Assembly (NCBI GenBank): GCA_963779615.1
Contig: CAVZZA010000003.1
Span: 480,001-544,000 of the forward strand
Direction: 5' to 3'
Source of the DNA: an uncultured Nitrososphaeraceae archaeon
GTDB lineage: Archaea; Thermoproteota; Nitrososphaeria; Nitrososphaerales; Nitrososphaeraceae
DNA: 64,000 nucleotides
Part shown: positions 22,296 through 33,058 of the stretch, piece after piece
Position numbering within the stretch: the first letter of the stretch is position 1
Layout: the number at the start of each line of letters is the position of its first letter
Position numbers and translations under genes: made by a program
Notes under the pieces: model-generated
What the model saw: the letters and a program-made list of their open reading frames with translations, nothing else
What the model was told of the DNA's origin: nothing
Databases searched by the model: none

Positions 22296-23870
22296 TCAAT
22301 ATATTTGTCCTAGTGCAATGTTACCCTCATTAATTTGGTTCTGGAAACTAACATTGTTGCAAGAAACTATTGCATCTTTTCCAGAAACACACTGGACGTT
22401 TTGCACATTGCTTTGGGCCTGGTTTATCGCAGGGTCGGCTGAGTTGCCGCCGCCGTTGCCGCCGCCGCTACCATCGTCACCGTCACCGTCACCGTCACCG
22501 TTGCTGCTTCCCCTTCCGTTTCCGCCATCCTGGGCTAAAGCAACATTTCCCTTATTGGCAAGGTTTTGGCTATTGTAGTTAAAGCAAGAGTCATCTATGC
22601 CTCCCCCAGAAACACACTGGACGTTTTGCACATTGCTTTGGGCCTGGTTTATCGCAGGGTCGGCTGAGTTGCCGCCGCCGTTGCCGCCGCCGCTACCATC
22701 GTCACCGTCACCGTCACCGTCACCGTTGCTGCTTCCCCTTCCGTTTCCGCCATCCTGGGCTAAAGCAACATTTCCCTTATTGGCAAGGTTTTGGCTATTG
22801 TAGTTAAAGCAAGAGTCATCTATGCCTCCCCCAGAAACACACTGGACGTTTTGCACATTGCTTTGGGCCTGGTTTATCGCAGGGTCGGCTGAGTTGCCGC
22901 CGCCGTTGCCGCCGCCGCTACCATCGTCACCGTCACCGTCACCGTCACCGTTGCTGCTTCCCCTTCCGTTTCCGCCATCCTGGGCTAAAGCAACATTTCC
23001 CTTATTGGCAAGGTTTTGGCTATTGTAGTTAAAGCAAGAGTCATCTATGCCTCCCCCAGAAACACACTGGACGTTTTGCACATTGCTTTGGGCCTGGTTT
23101 ATCGCAGGGTCGGCTGAGTTGCCGCCGCCGTTGCCGCCGCCGCTACCATCGTCACCGTCACCGTCACCGTCACCGTTGCTGCTTCCCCTTCCGTTTCCGC
23201 CATCCTGGGCTAAAGCAACATTTCCCTTATTGGCAAGGTTTTGGCTATTGTAGTTAAAGCAAGAGTCATCTATGCTTCCAAAGAAGCCTTTGATCCCACA
23301 CTTTATATTTTGCACATTGCTTTGAACCTGGTTTATCGCAGGGTCGGCCGAGTTGCCGTCTTTTACACCAATTCCAAGTCCAACCTTTCCATAATCACCA
23401 TTTTGAGAGGCCAAATTTTCTCCATTATTGGCAAGGTTTTGGCTATTGTGGTTAAAGCAAGAGTCATCTATGCTTCCAAAGAAGCCTTTGATCCCACACT
23501 TTATATTTTGCACATTGCTTTGAACCGGGTCTATTCCCAATTTGGCAGGGATACCACCATTGCTGGAATCTATGTTGTAACCTATTTTTTCACAATCAGT
23601 TGACTTTTTGTCACCTTCGGCAGAATTAAAATCCTTTATTGTGTCTACACCCTTTCCGCATTTAAAAGAATCAGCTCCAAGGTCACCAAAGAGAACATCA
23701 TTGCCATTTTTACCATCTAACCTATCACCTTCAGATGTTCCTACAAGATTATTATTGTTATTATCACCCTTAACATTCAATGAATATGCATCCATATTCA
23801 AAGAACCTGCCATAACCGTTCCAGTTATTAAAATGGTACATATAAATAGCAGGTAAATATTTTTAAGCAC
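22296..23870 (-). CDS. secreted repeat protein with RTX-like Ca-binding motifs and N/Q/G-rich Cys-paired repeats
   Basis: Signal-like N-terminus, GKNGNDVLFGDLGADSFKCGKGVDTIKDF RTX-type segment, then 75-aa repeats. Confidence 0.8.
   Translation of the reverse strand: MLKNIYLLFICTILITGTVMAGSLNMDAYSLNVKGDNNNNNLVGTSEGDRLDGKNGNDVLFGDLGADSFKCGKGVDTIKDFNSAEGDKKSTDCEKIGYNIDSSNGGIPAKLGIDPVQSNVQNIKCGIKGFFGSIDDSCFNHNSQNLANNGENLASQNGDYGKVGLGIGVKDGNSADPAINQVQSNVQNIKCGIKGFFGSIDDSCFNYNSQNLANKGNVALAQDGGNGRGSSNGDGDGDGDDGSGGGNGGGNSADPAINQAQSNVQNVQCVSGGGIDDSCFNYNSQNLANKGNVALAQDGGNGRGSSNGDGDGDGDDGSGGGNGGGNSADPAINQAQSNVQNVQCVSGGGIDDSCFNYNSQNLANKGNVALAQDGGNGRGSSNGDGDGDGDDGSGGGNGGGNSADPAINQAQSNVQNVQCVSGGGIDDSCFNYNSQNLANKGNVALAQDGGNGRGSSNGDGDGDGDDGSGGGNGGGNSADPAINQAQSNVQNVQCVSGKDAIVSCNNVSFQNQINEGNIALGQIY
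22381..23530. repeat. coding tandem repeat: about 4 near-identical 225-bp units plus 2 divergent units 198 bp apart
   Basis: CCAGAAACACACTGGACG recurs at 22381, 22606, 22831 and 23056; AAGAAGCCTT recurs at 23281 and 23479. Confidence 0.95.
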
Positions 23871-24492
23871 AATTTTGAGTTAAATTTTTATGGTTAATAA
23901 ACTTTAAGTAACATTGTTAATTTAAGTTACTTTTCAGAAAATCGATACTTAATAAATATCAAAACATCGATTATTTTCGCTTTTTAAAATCTATTCAAGG
24001 ACGGTGATGATAGTTCTTTTAATAGGCATGTCAATCGAATATTTAAAAACACATAATCACCTTTTCTCCCGTTTATTCTTCTCCCCCCTTTGAAGGTAAA
24101 TTTTCGCCAAGTTTCTTTGTGATGCGGTCTGTTAATTCAGATAGCAAATCACAGGTTATCGGGGTCAATAACATAATCAGGCTAACAATCTGCAAATTTT
24201 TTTGTTTTTTATTAAAAAAAGGAAGAAGATGTATTACAAATATTGATGGAACAAACCTCTTGACCGGGCAATTGTCTTAACAAAAAGGTTGTACTGCCCA
24301 TTGATTTTTATTAAATTGCCATCCAAGTTATTTTCATTTTATCATGTTTTGCAGAAAAAAATAATAGCACTTCTATAATCCCGTTTTTTTGTAAATCATT
24401 ATCATTTCATTTCACGAAATCAAAACAGTATTTATAACAGGCAGTGTGGAAAACAATATTAAATTCCAACCACAAACTAATGTTGAAATTTA

Positions 24493-24876
24493 TTGTTTTG
24501 GCGGATATATTATGCCATAAAAAAGAATAACTACTTAAAAATTTCAACCTTGTTGATATTCACATTTTCTATTTTTGCCACCATTTTAAATATAGAGGGA
24601 AGTAATTGCCTGATAAAGATTAACTCATTGATAAATGAGCAAAAAACGAATAAAACAGGCGGGAGCTTTCAGCATCAACTTCAACAACAGCAAATGCAAA
24701 ACCAAAGTGAAAGAGAGTCAAGAGAATCGTTTGAGCTCATCAGGTACTGTTTCCTCGTTACCAATCTATATGTTTATTCGCTATTTGGGATAATAATCGG
24801 CATAGTAATTATTGGGGTATGGTACATCAAATACAAAAAAATTTGGAGCAACAGATTTAAAAAAATAGACAAATGA
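24493..24876 (+). CDS. hypothetical membrane protein with Gln-rich loop
   Basis: Two hydrophobic segments flanking QHQLQQQQMQ. Confidence 0.55.
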   Translation: MFWRIYYAIKKNNYLKISTLLIFTFSIFATILNIEGSNCLIKINSLINEQKTNKTGGSFQHQLQQQQMQNQSERESRESFELIRYCFLVTNLYVYSLFGIIIGIVIIGVWYIKYKKIWSNRFKKIDK

Positions 24877-24992
24877 CTGTGAATTAGTTGTCACAGATTT
24901 TGCGTTATCCTATAACCCCGTCAAACAACCAACCATCCACATAAATTCCATAGATTTTTAAATAATCCAAATGTAAAATAACATCATAAAGA

Positions 24993-26723
24993 TTGTCTGA
25001 CAAGGATTTTGCATTAGAACTGGTTAAATCATCTTATTCAAATGCTCCGGCATATAAAGAGGGGTATTGTGGAGTGCCAGAAAATTATAAAAACATCACA
25101 ACTTTAAAAGAACTCCTAGAAATCAACTACAAATACCGCCCAACTAAAATCCAACTAAGGGAAAACTTAATATCAAAAATAAAAAAGAATGAAAACCCGT
25201 TTGCAGGCATAATAGGTTTTGAAGAAACTGTAATCCCTGCAGTAAAGAGGGCGTTATTAGCTGGCCATGACATATTATTTATTGGCCATATAGGCCAGGG
25301 AAAAACAAAATTAGCTGAAATATTATCAGAAAATCTTCTCTCCCCAATCCCAATTGTAGAAGGAACGATAACAAATGACATCCCGACTGAAATTCCATAT
25401 TCTCAACTTGTCAATTTGTTGCAAGACAAAGACATTCACAGGGTATTGCCTGAATTTTACGTTTCAAAAGATTGTGAGGAGATTATCAAAAATAACAAAC
25501 TCGATACAAGGATTAAATGGATTGATGGAAAATCAAGATACAGATACATTTTGGCAACACCAGACATTTCAGTAAAAGATCTGGTTGGCCAAATAGATGT
25601 CGTGAAAGTAATAAAAAAGGGTATAGGGGTATTTGACATAGACTCATATTCACCAGGATATCTTTTGCAAGCAAGATATGGCATATTATGCTTAGATGAG
25701 CTACCCGTGCTTGATCCCAGAAAACAGGTAACACTGCTAAGTGTTTTACAAGAAGGCAGATTTACGACCGGCGCGTATCCGGTATTTTTTAAACCAGATG
25801 TCAAAATAATTGCAACTGCAAATCCGATAGACTACACCCATTCTGGAAAGATAATCGAGCCCCTTGCAGATCGTTTAAGAAGCCATATCGAAACACACTA
25901 TCCAAGAACACTAGATGACGAAATGTTAATTTTAATACAGGAGATCGACATGCTATCGAGAAGGAATACATTTTTACCTGTTTTCATATTAAAAACAATT
26001 GTAAAAATTTTCCAGTCCTTGAGAACAAACCCTGAAATAAATAACGAGAGAGGGGTCAGCGTTAGGTCAACAATTCACTCTTTAGAAATAATAATAGGTG
26101 AAGTAGAAGTAACAAGGTCCATAATTAACAGTGCAATAACCATTCCTAGGTTTTCAGACATCTATTGCATATTCCAGTCATCCAAATTTGAGCTCGACGA
26201 CATAGAGGACACAACTGAAAACAAACTAAAGTTTTTGAACAACACGATTGTTGAAATTATCAAGGAAATATCCAAAGAATATTTTGCCAAGTTTGTCAAT
26301 GCAGAAGACCTTATAGCCATAAAAAACGAGTTTAAAGGTAAAACATTTACGGTATCGCAAAATCAATACCAAAACCATCAACATCAAAACACTGCTTTAG
26401 AATCAAATTCAACGGATCCAGTCATCAGCAACAATTTGCTTTATGTGGAGCAATTAAAACAATTTCCATTCACAAAAAAAATTGTAAAAAAAGCCATAGA
26501 AAAAATAAAGGAGGAACAAACAGAATACATCAAAAAAGCGCAAAAACACAACATTTTCACAAATCTTGAATATTTAGGACACAACAATGGAACTATTGAC
26601 GAATTTGACAAACAGGAGGAGGCCATAGCCACAGTAATCGAATTATTTTTAGAGTACCTCAGACTCTCAAATCCTCCAACACTGGAGAGAAAAGAAAACA
26701 GGTTTGAATATGTGAAGTTTTAA
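24993..26723 (+). CDS. AAA+ ATPase, Mg-chelatase subunit/MoxR-like
   Basis: AGHDILFIGHIGQGKT Walker A, LCLDELP Walker B, ATANPIDYT..G.IIEPLADRL..HIETHYP. Confidence 0.85.
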   Translation: MSDKDFALELVKSSYSNAPAYKEGYCGVPENYKNITTLKELLEINYKYRPTKIQLRENLISKIKKNENPFAGIIGFEETVIPAVKRALLAGHDILFIGHIGQGKTKLAEILSENLLSPIPIVEGTITNDIPTEIPYSQLVNLLQDKDIHRVLPEFYVSKDCEEIIKNNKLDTRIKWIDGKSRYRYILATPDISVKDLVGQIDVVKVIKKGIGVFDIDSYSPGYLLQARYGILCLDELPVLDPRKQVTLLSVLQEGRFTTGAYPVFFKPDVKIIATANPIDYTHSGKIIEPLADRLRSHIETHYPRTLDDEMLILIQEIDMLSRRNTFLPVFILKTIVKIFQSLRTNPEINNERGVSVRSTIHSLEIIIGEVEVTRSIINSAITIPRFSDIYCIFQSSKFELDDIEDTTENKLKFLNNTIVEIIKEISKEYFAKFVNAEDLIAIKNEFKGKTFTVSQNQYQNHQHQNTALESNSTDPVISNNLLYVEQLKQFPFTKKIVKKAIEKIKEEQTEYIKKAQKHNIFTNLEYLGHNNGTIDEFDKQEEAIATVIELFLEYLRLSNPPTLERKENRFEYVKF

Positions 26724-26724
26724 T

Positions 26725-28321
26725 TTGAATTCGACCAATAAAAAATTCATTTATTTCGCAAGACCGCTCCAAAACGATGACAACAATGAAAAGTGGAATG
26801 GCGAACAACAAGACTTGAGTGGGCGGGACATCAAAACCCACAAAAACAGCAATAGCGACCTGTTAAAATACTTTTTTCCAGACATCCTAAAGGCATTGGG
26901 CAACAGAGCAATAAAAGACAGCACACCCTCCCTTCAGGAACTAGAGCAGTATTTGCAAAACCATCTCCAGGAACTAATGGCAGAAGACAGGAACAGAAGG
27001 AGAGCAATCGAAAGAAAAGAGAGCAACAACAAAAACTACCCAAATCCACTAACAGAGGAAGACGCCAAAAAAAATACACAGCCGTCACCAAAGTACAAAA
27101 ACAGACAGCCGATTTGAGCAATGGGATGGTGACGGCAGGAAAAACACCAGTAACGGTTCTGGCCTATCCTCTCAAGGCAATTTTAGGCTAAACTTTAATT
27201 TCAACAAGACGCCACTCGCAGGCGATAGCCTTCCGATAGTTGCACAACTTATAGAAAGAGGGTATTTGGTTGACTCAAACAAATGGTTAAAGAAAAAGGG
27301 GTTTTTAAGGGTTGGCCAAGAGATACTGTCTGAAATAATAAAGTCCCTAAAAGCAGACAAGTTAGGAATGCATGAGGCTCATTTCACTGGCAGTGGGAAC
27401 ATAATCCAAGAAAACTCCAAAAAATACGAGTTTGGAAACGAGATTTCAAACGTCAACATCAACTCAACCATCATGAACCTTGTAGAAAGGAAAGTCAAGA
27501 ACAAACAGGACACAATAGGATTTCCATTAGATATCGAATACGAAGATTTAGAAATTTATGAAACACTAGAAGAAATACAAGTAGCAACAGTTTATTGCAT
27601 TGACCTTAGCTCCACAATGAAATATTCCTCGATGTACAATGATTTGAGCAGATTGGAGGCCGCCAAAAGAGCATTATGGAGCCTGTATATACTCAATAAA
27701 AAATACTTTCCCCTAGACTCCATATACCTGGTGGGGTTTGGATCGGTTGCCTCAATAATAGACACTTTTGATATCCCTTTTTTAAAAACATTTGAAACAA
27801 ATGCCGATTTTTTGCACTACACAAACTATCAGTCTGCCTATAGGCTTGCGAAAAAAATCCTAAAGAAAAATGGAGCCAAAAACAAAAGAATAGTAATGAT
27901 TACCGATGGCCATCCCAGCGCGTGTTTCATAGACAACATAGACGAGAAGGACAAGATAATGAAACAAAGGCCATATTCTCACTTCTACCTTCCCAACCAG
28001 CAGGCAATAAACCAACAGTACACAAAAGTAAACAACATCAAACTGGAGATCAAAGACAAGCAAATTGTATATTTATGCTACAGGTACCGACAAATCGATC
28101 AATACATTGGCGAGCAGACAATAAAGGAGGCTAAAAAAACATTCAAAGAAGACATCAACATAGACACGATAATGGTCAGTGAAGACGACACACTGCTGGA
28201 TTTTATAAATGAACTTGCCAAATCAGTAAACGGAAAATCAATCTACATAAATCCAAAAGACATAGACAAGGTTTTGATAAAAGATTATCTGTCCAACAAA
28301 AAGAAAACCATCAGAAAATGA
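26725..28321 (+). CDS. VWA-domain protein (one frameshift near 27060-27110)
   Basis: CIDLSSTM, YTNYQ and MITDGHPSA MIDAS motifs. An open frame from about 27110 (RFEQWDG...LIERGYLVDS) joins ORF 27266. Confidence 0.8.
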
Positions 28322-28510
28322 AAAAAAATATTGAGGTTTTGATTTACGCTCAAATTCTAATCCTACCGTTATTTTATCACCATTAACCATTTTGCGGGGT
28401 TTGTCATTGGATTGTTTGTGTCCAAACAAGGTTTATCGGTTGCGGCTGCCGCGGCGGGAATTCATAGCACCGAAGGTGAAACTCGAATCTTTAACCCCTT
28501 TCCACTCACC

Positions 28511-28572
28511 ACTGCTGCTGCTGCTGCTGCTGCTGCTGCTTCTTCTTCTTCTTCTTCTTCTTCTTCTTCTTC
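28511..28572. repeat. compound trinucleotide microsatellite (CTG)n(CTT)n
   Basis: About 9 CTG units directly followed by about 10 CTT units. Confidence 0.95.
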
Positions 28573-28734
28573 TGCGGCCGTCAAAGTTGCCATCAGCGAA
28601 TGAATCAGCAGGGAATAAAGTGTGACAGAGCGACCGGATTTTGGTGGTGGGGTTTTATTTTAAAAGTAAATTAGTGGCTCAATCAATACACATTGAACAG
28701 TTGCATTCATCCTCTACCCGCTGCTCTTGTAGGG

Positions 28735-30261
28735 TTATCTTGTAGAACTGCCTGGAAGCTCAAGCAACCCCATAATGCCATTTAATGATTTTTCCAAAGA
28801 CTCACGGACACTTCCGTTGTTAAAACTGGTGGCGTTGCCTGCTGCAGCGCCTGAGTTACTGACATTTCCTCCAGATCCAACACTGCTGCCATCACCACTA
28901 CCACCAACAACAACACCACACACCTTGGACAGCAAAGGAAGATGGCAAACTTGTTCCATCGTTTGAGACGGCAATGAGGATTGAGGGGGCAATGATGGAG
29001 TCACCAAAGATTTGTTGATTTCACTCTTGGAGCTGTTCAGGATGTTGTTCACAGAGTTTGTGAGGGAGGTCTTTAGGCTGCTAAGGACGTTTGCCGGAAC
29101 CTGATTTCCCGAGCTGTTCAGGATGTTGTTCACAGAGTTTGTGAGGGAGGTCTTTAGGCTGTTCAAGTCGCTTGACGGAACCTGATTTCCCGAGCTGTTC
29201 AGGATGTTGTTCACAGAGTTTGTGAGGGAGGTCTTTAGGCTGTTCAAGTCGCTTGACGGAACCTGATTTCCCGAGCTGTTCAGGATGTTGTTCACAGAGT
29301 TTGTGAGGGAGGTCTTTAGGCTGTTCAAGTCGCTTGACGGAACCTGATTTCCCGAGCTGTTCAGGATGTTGTTCACAGAGTTTGTGATGGAGGTCTCCAG
29401 CTTGTTCAAGATACCTGACGGTTTGTTTGAAAGATCATCCAACTTAAAATAAGACAGTATGCTGCCTAAAAACGATCCAGTTGATGCAGTAGAACTAGGA
29501 TCAGGCTCAGAGCCAAACTGCTTTAGATTGGAAGTGATTGGAGCCAGTTCATTTATGTCAAAAGACTGAATAATTGCGCTAGAGACAGGAAGAGAATTGA
29601 AATAATTTGACAGTTCTGTCATGTAATTTATCGAATAGTGTTTATTGTTGAATATTGTCCCAATCTGCACATCAATTATTGCGGAATTATTATAATACGA
29701 TTGGGTTACCAACTTATAGGCAGGATGCCCGGAAAGCAACGTGTTTGTAGATTTTTCAATGATAGCAATGTCCTTATTACCCCGTTGTATAGAATTGGCA
29801 AGGCTTTCGGCATATGTCTCGATGTTAAGATTTGACGCATGTGATGGTGTGGCATAGGGAGATGAAGAGGAATTATTAGATATAGGATTTAGCGCCTGAA
29901 TAAAAACACCCATCCATAGAATTGGATGTTCAGGAGTCATGCTCGTGTTAGATGGTGGAAAAAAAACTATCTGCTGCAGTTTTTCATCTGAATTGCCATC
30001 ATCTATTAAAAAGTTTGAAGGATACTTTAATGTTATGCCAAGGTCACTGTTTTCATACCTGTTAAACTGAACTGTTTCGTTGGTATCACCCCCTGCTGGT
30101 GCTGGTGCAGATACAGAGCCATCAGTTGATGGGGCAAATGTTTGGGCAAAGGAATTGTTATCAAAAATATCAAATCCAGAAAGCACACCAGACAAAAGTC
30201 CTGAGGAAACCAAAACAACAGCAACAATTAGCGAATATGCGAACAATCTATTTCTAGTCAT
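28735..30261 (-). CDS. secreted or membrane-anchored PsbP-like domain protein with 27-aa repeats
   Basis: Likely start MTRNRLFAYSLIV at 30261; RYENSDLGITLKYPSNF...LSGHPAYK...IIQSF PsbP-like domain; SLKTSLTNSVNNILNSSGNQVPSSDLN repeats. Confidence 0.7.
   Translation of the reverse strand: MTRNRLFAYSLIVAVVLVSSGLLSGVLSGFDIFDNNSFAQTFAPSTDGSVSAPAPAGGDTNETVQFNRYENSDLGITLKYPSNFLIDDGNSDEKLQQIVFFPPSNTSMTPEHPILWMGVFIQALNPISNNSSSSPYATPSHASNLNIETYAESLANSIQRGNKDIAIIEKSTNTLLSGHPAYKLVTQSYYNNSAIIDVQIGTIFNNKHYSINYMTELSNYFNSLPVSSAIIQSFDINELAPITSNLKQFGSEPDPSSTASTGSFLGSILSYFKLDDLSNKPSGILNKLETSITNSVNNILNSSGNQVPSSDLNSLKTSLTNSVNNILNSSGNQVPSSDLNSLKTSLTNSVNNILNSSGNQVPSSDLNSLKTSLTNSVNNILNSSGNQVPANVLSSLKTSLTNSVNNILNSSKSEINKSLVTPSLPPQSSLPSQTMEQVCHLPLLSKVCGVVVGGSGDGSSVGSGGNVSNSGAAAGNATSFNNGSVRESLEKSLNGIMGLLELPGSSTR
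29030..29400. repeat. coding 81-bp tandem repeat (about 4.5 copies)
   Basis: GAGCTGTTCAGGATGTTGTTCACAGAG at about 29030, 29111, 29192, 29273 and 29354. Confidence 0.95.
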
Positions 30262-30364
30262 GAAGTGTAATAAACATAAAAACATATATAATATTTTTCT
30301 AATCGGAATTTTTACAAACGAATACCTTTTTAAAATTGCATCCACTATCAAAAGCATCAAAGTC

Positions 30365-30991
30365 ATGGCAAAAAAAAAGGATTCATTTATCACTGATATC
30401 ACACAAGGCAATGAATTAGACGAGATTAGAAAAATTGCCGAAATGCTAAACCCCGATGAGAAGGTTCTGCTTGTCGCAAGGCAATCCAGGATTAAACCAG
30501 GAGGCTCAAAATTCTCGCCCAATACAATTTACGCCACAGACAGGAGAATAATACTAAGGGACCCAAGCATGCTTGGCCTAAAGCAGGAGATAATAGACAT
30601 ACCATACAACGTGATAACAAACGCACATCTAGAAAAGGGAGTGTTCTCATCCAAGATAATTTTTAACGCCCCAGGTTTGTTCAATCCCAGCATTAGTGAC
30701 AGGATCCCCGGAATCAGGAGGTTGGCCATCAACGAACGTGGGGAAAACGGAATAATAGACGCAATTCCAAAAGAAAAGGGAGACAACTTGATCGAGATAA
30801 TAAGGAACGGAATAACGCAGATTAGGGCAGGTCAGGGTTTAAGCACCGGTGTTGGAAACAACTATAATACAGCAGGAAAGGCGTCAACGCTAGAAGAGTT
30901 ATCCAAACTCGCAGGTTTAAGAGAGAGGGGAGTCATATCGGAAGAAGAGTTTATTGAAATGAAGAACAAGCTATTGGAAAACAATAGCTAA
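30365..30991 (+). CDS. bacterial-type PH domain protein with C-terminal SHOCT domain
   Basis: LNPDEKVLL...YATDRRII...IPYNVI (bPH) and LEELSKLAGLRERGVISEEEFIEMKNKLL (SHOCT); likely ATG at 30365. Confidence 0.8.
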   Translation: MAKKKDSFITDITQGNELDEIRKIAEMLNPDEKVLLVARQSRIKPGGSKFSPNTIYATDRRIILRDPSMLGLKQEIIDIPYNVITNAHLEKGVFSSKIIFNAPGLFNPSISDRIPGIRRLAINERGENGIIDAIPKEKGDNLIEIIRNGITQIRAGQGLSTGVGNNYNTAGKASTLEELSKLAGLRERGVISEEEFIEMKNKLLENNS

Positions 30992-31656
30992 TTTTAACAG
31001 AATCAAAAAAAAGCGTAAAGATCCCGCTGAAAAGAATGTGACCAAGGTCTCAAAAGAAAAAGACAGTCCAGTGCGTTTTCTTTAGATGTTTAGATAAAAA
31101 AAGAAGAGAGCAAAACAAATAAACAAGATAACACGTCGGCAGTGGCTATGACGTCACAAGCGTAAACACATACTTTTAATTCATTTCATGGTTTTAAGCC
31201 CTTTAACCCACGTTTTTAGCCAAAACCGATACTGGTGCATAAAAAGATAAAGTCTTCCTGGTTTGCTTGAACAACCCTTTTACCCTTTTTGAACAAAAGA
31301 CATGTATTTCCTTTGCAAGGTCACCGTCCCTTAAAACAGTTACGTTTTCTTTTCCAATTCGAGCCCAGTTATGACCTGCCCCACAATCATTGATGATGCA
31401 TCACATATCTTTTAATGCAATTAGTTTCAATCCTGTGTTACTCCAAGCAACCGCCATCATCATTTATGCACACGCATAATAACGTTGTCACCATAAAAAA
31501 AGTGAGGGGTTTATTTCGCATGATTTTTTCTGAAGTTCAGGAATAACATGTTCGTCATCTCTATTGCCTATGATGACACAGCTGCAATGAGGCATAAAAT
31601 GAATTTGATTGAGTCTTCGCATCTATTTAAAAATCACCCATTCTAAAAGATATCCA

Positions 31657-32181
31657 ATGTCTAATTGTAATAAAAACGAAAAAGATGAAGAGACGCTTGG
31701 AAGAACCAGGGAAAAAGAGGAGTGGAAGGACGAGGATAAAGATACATGCACCAACGACGTTTCAGCCGCAAATAACAAAAATATTGACCCACATCAAGGT
31801 AAAAGGCAAGACGGCGACAGCGGCGACAAGCTGGATTTTCTTTTTAAAAAACAAAGCGAACTTTTCAAAAAAGACATAGTGGACTCTGAGAACAAAATGA
31901 GAAACCTCTATCATGTAAAAGAGCCTTTCGACGGGTACCGTGTTTTCATGTTGTCAACAGCCCTTGTGCATGAGGCAATTGAGCTGCAAAGGGAAACAAA
32001 TTGGAAATGGTGGAAAAAGGAAAGCACAGTCAATCATGAAAAAATACAGGAGGAGATAATAGACATATGGCATTTTTTGATCCAACTATCCATAGAGTCG
32101 GGCCTGGATTCCAAAAAGGTAATGGAAAAATACATGGAAAAAAACGAGGAAAACGTAAAAAGGCAGCTAAATGGGTACTGA
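31657..32181 (+). CDS. dimeric all-alpha dUTPase / MazG-like NTP pyrophosphatase
   Basis: EAIEL..ETNWKWWK, EEIIDIWHF and KNEENVKRQ.NGY motifs. Confidence 0.85.
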   Translation: MSNCNKNEKDEETLGRTREKEEWKDEDKDTCTNDVSAANNKNIDPHQGKRQDGDSGDKLDFLFKKQSELFKKDIVDSENKMRNLYHVKEPFDGYRVFMLSTALVHEAIELQRETNWKWWKKESTVNHEKIQEEIIDIWHFLIQLSIESGLDSKKVMEKYMEKNEENVKRQLNGY

Positions 32182-32195
32182 TTTATAAAAAAGGA

Positions 32196-32594
32196 TCATC
32201 CAAGCAACTCCACCTCATCGTAAAGTCCCTCGACGGCCAGAACAAACAAGTCATCCTCAAATATCAACAACCAATCGCTGACTCCCACGACAGGCAGTTT
32301 TCTCACCAATACCCTTGAATCCTTTAGCATAGTCTTTATGTATACATGCGAAGGCATATCCTTGCTATCGCTCTTCAGGCGACACAGGTCTTTTTGCAAT
32401 TTCACACCCCTTTTCCCACCCTGTATGTTGAGCTTTCTTGTGATACCATCCCTATCCACTATTTCGGATGTAACATAGCTTTGACCGATATCAAAATCAA
32501 GGGAAAAGGAAATCTTTATTTTTGACAGGTTGCTGTTTGGGATTTCCTTAAACAGGATTCTGGATTCCTCATCGAAAAAAACCTTATCTTTCAT
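32196..32594 (-). CDS. hypothetical protein
   Basis: 132-aa ORF with ATG start and globular composition. Confidence 0.6.
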   Translation of the reverse strand: MKDKVFFDEESRILFKEIPNSNLSKIKISFSLDFDIGQSYVTSEIVDRDGITRKLNIQGGKRGVKLQKDLCRLKSDSKDMPSHVYIKTMLKDSRVLVRKLPVVGVSDWLLIFEDDLFVLAVEGLYDEVELLG

Positions 32595-33058
32595 AAATCC
32601 ATATGATGTTGAGTTAATTTATTAAAACTTTTCATAGCACATCTACTTTTCAGATTCAAGCCCGACTAGAAGGTTATATTTAACCGCGTAAAAACAAGAA
32701 CAAGAGCAAGAACAAAAATAACTGATTTGTCCTGGCGGTGATTTCTTTTCTACAAAATTAGGTTGTGATGACCATCAGGGTTATTACACCAAAAAGGCTT
32801 TCATCCAAACAACAAATTAACGAATTTTGTGTTTTTTAGTTGGTTAGCAGATGTTTTTGGGATATGCGCACATTGCAGTGTTTTTAGAGTCGATGAACAA
32901 CACTGTCATCCATGGTCCGATAGGTTTCAATTTCTTGAGGATATTTTCACGGACATGCAAAAATCAAAAAGACCAATATCGCATAACATCTTACTCGATC
33001 AAAACAAACCCCCTTTCACTAATTAACAATATAACTTTGTCTTGATATTGCAACCTGT

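Noticed and set aside
22318-23856. Pro-rich plus-strand ORFs
   Set aside because: Antisense translations of the 225-bp coding repeat.
30080-30522. Apparent 440-bp overlap of divergent ORFs
   Set aside because: Resolved by downstream starts at 30261 (minus) and 30365 (plus), leaving an AT-rich intergenic gap.
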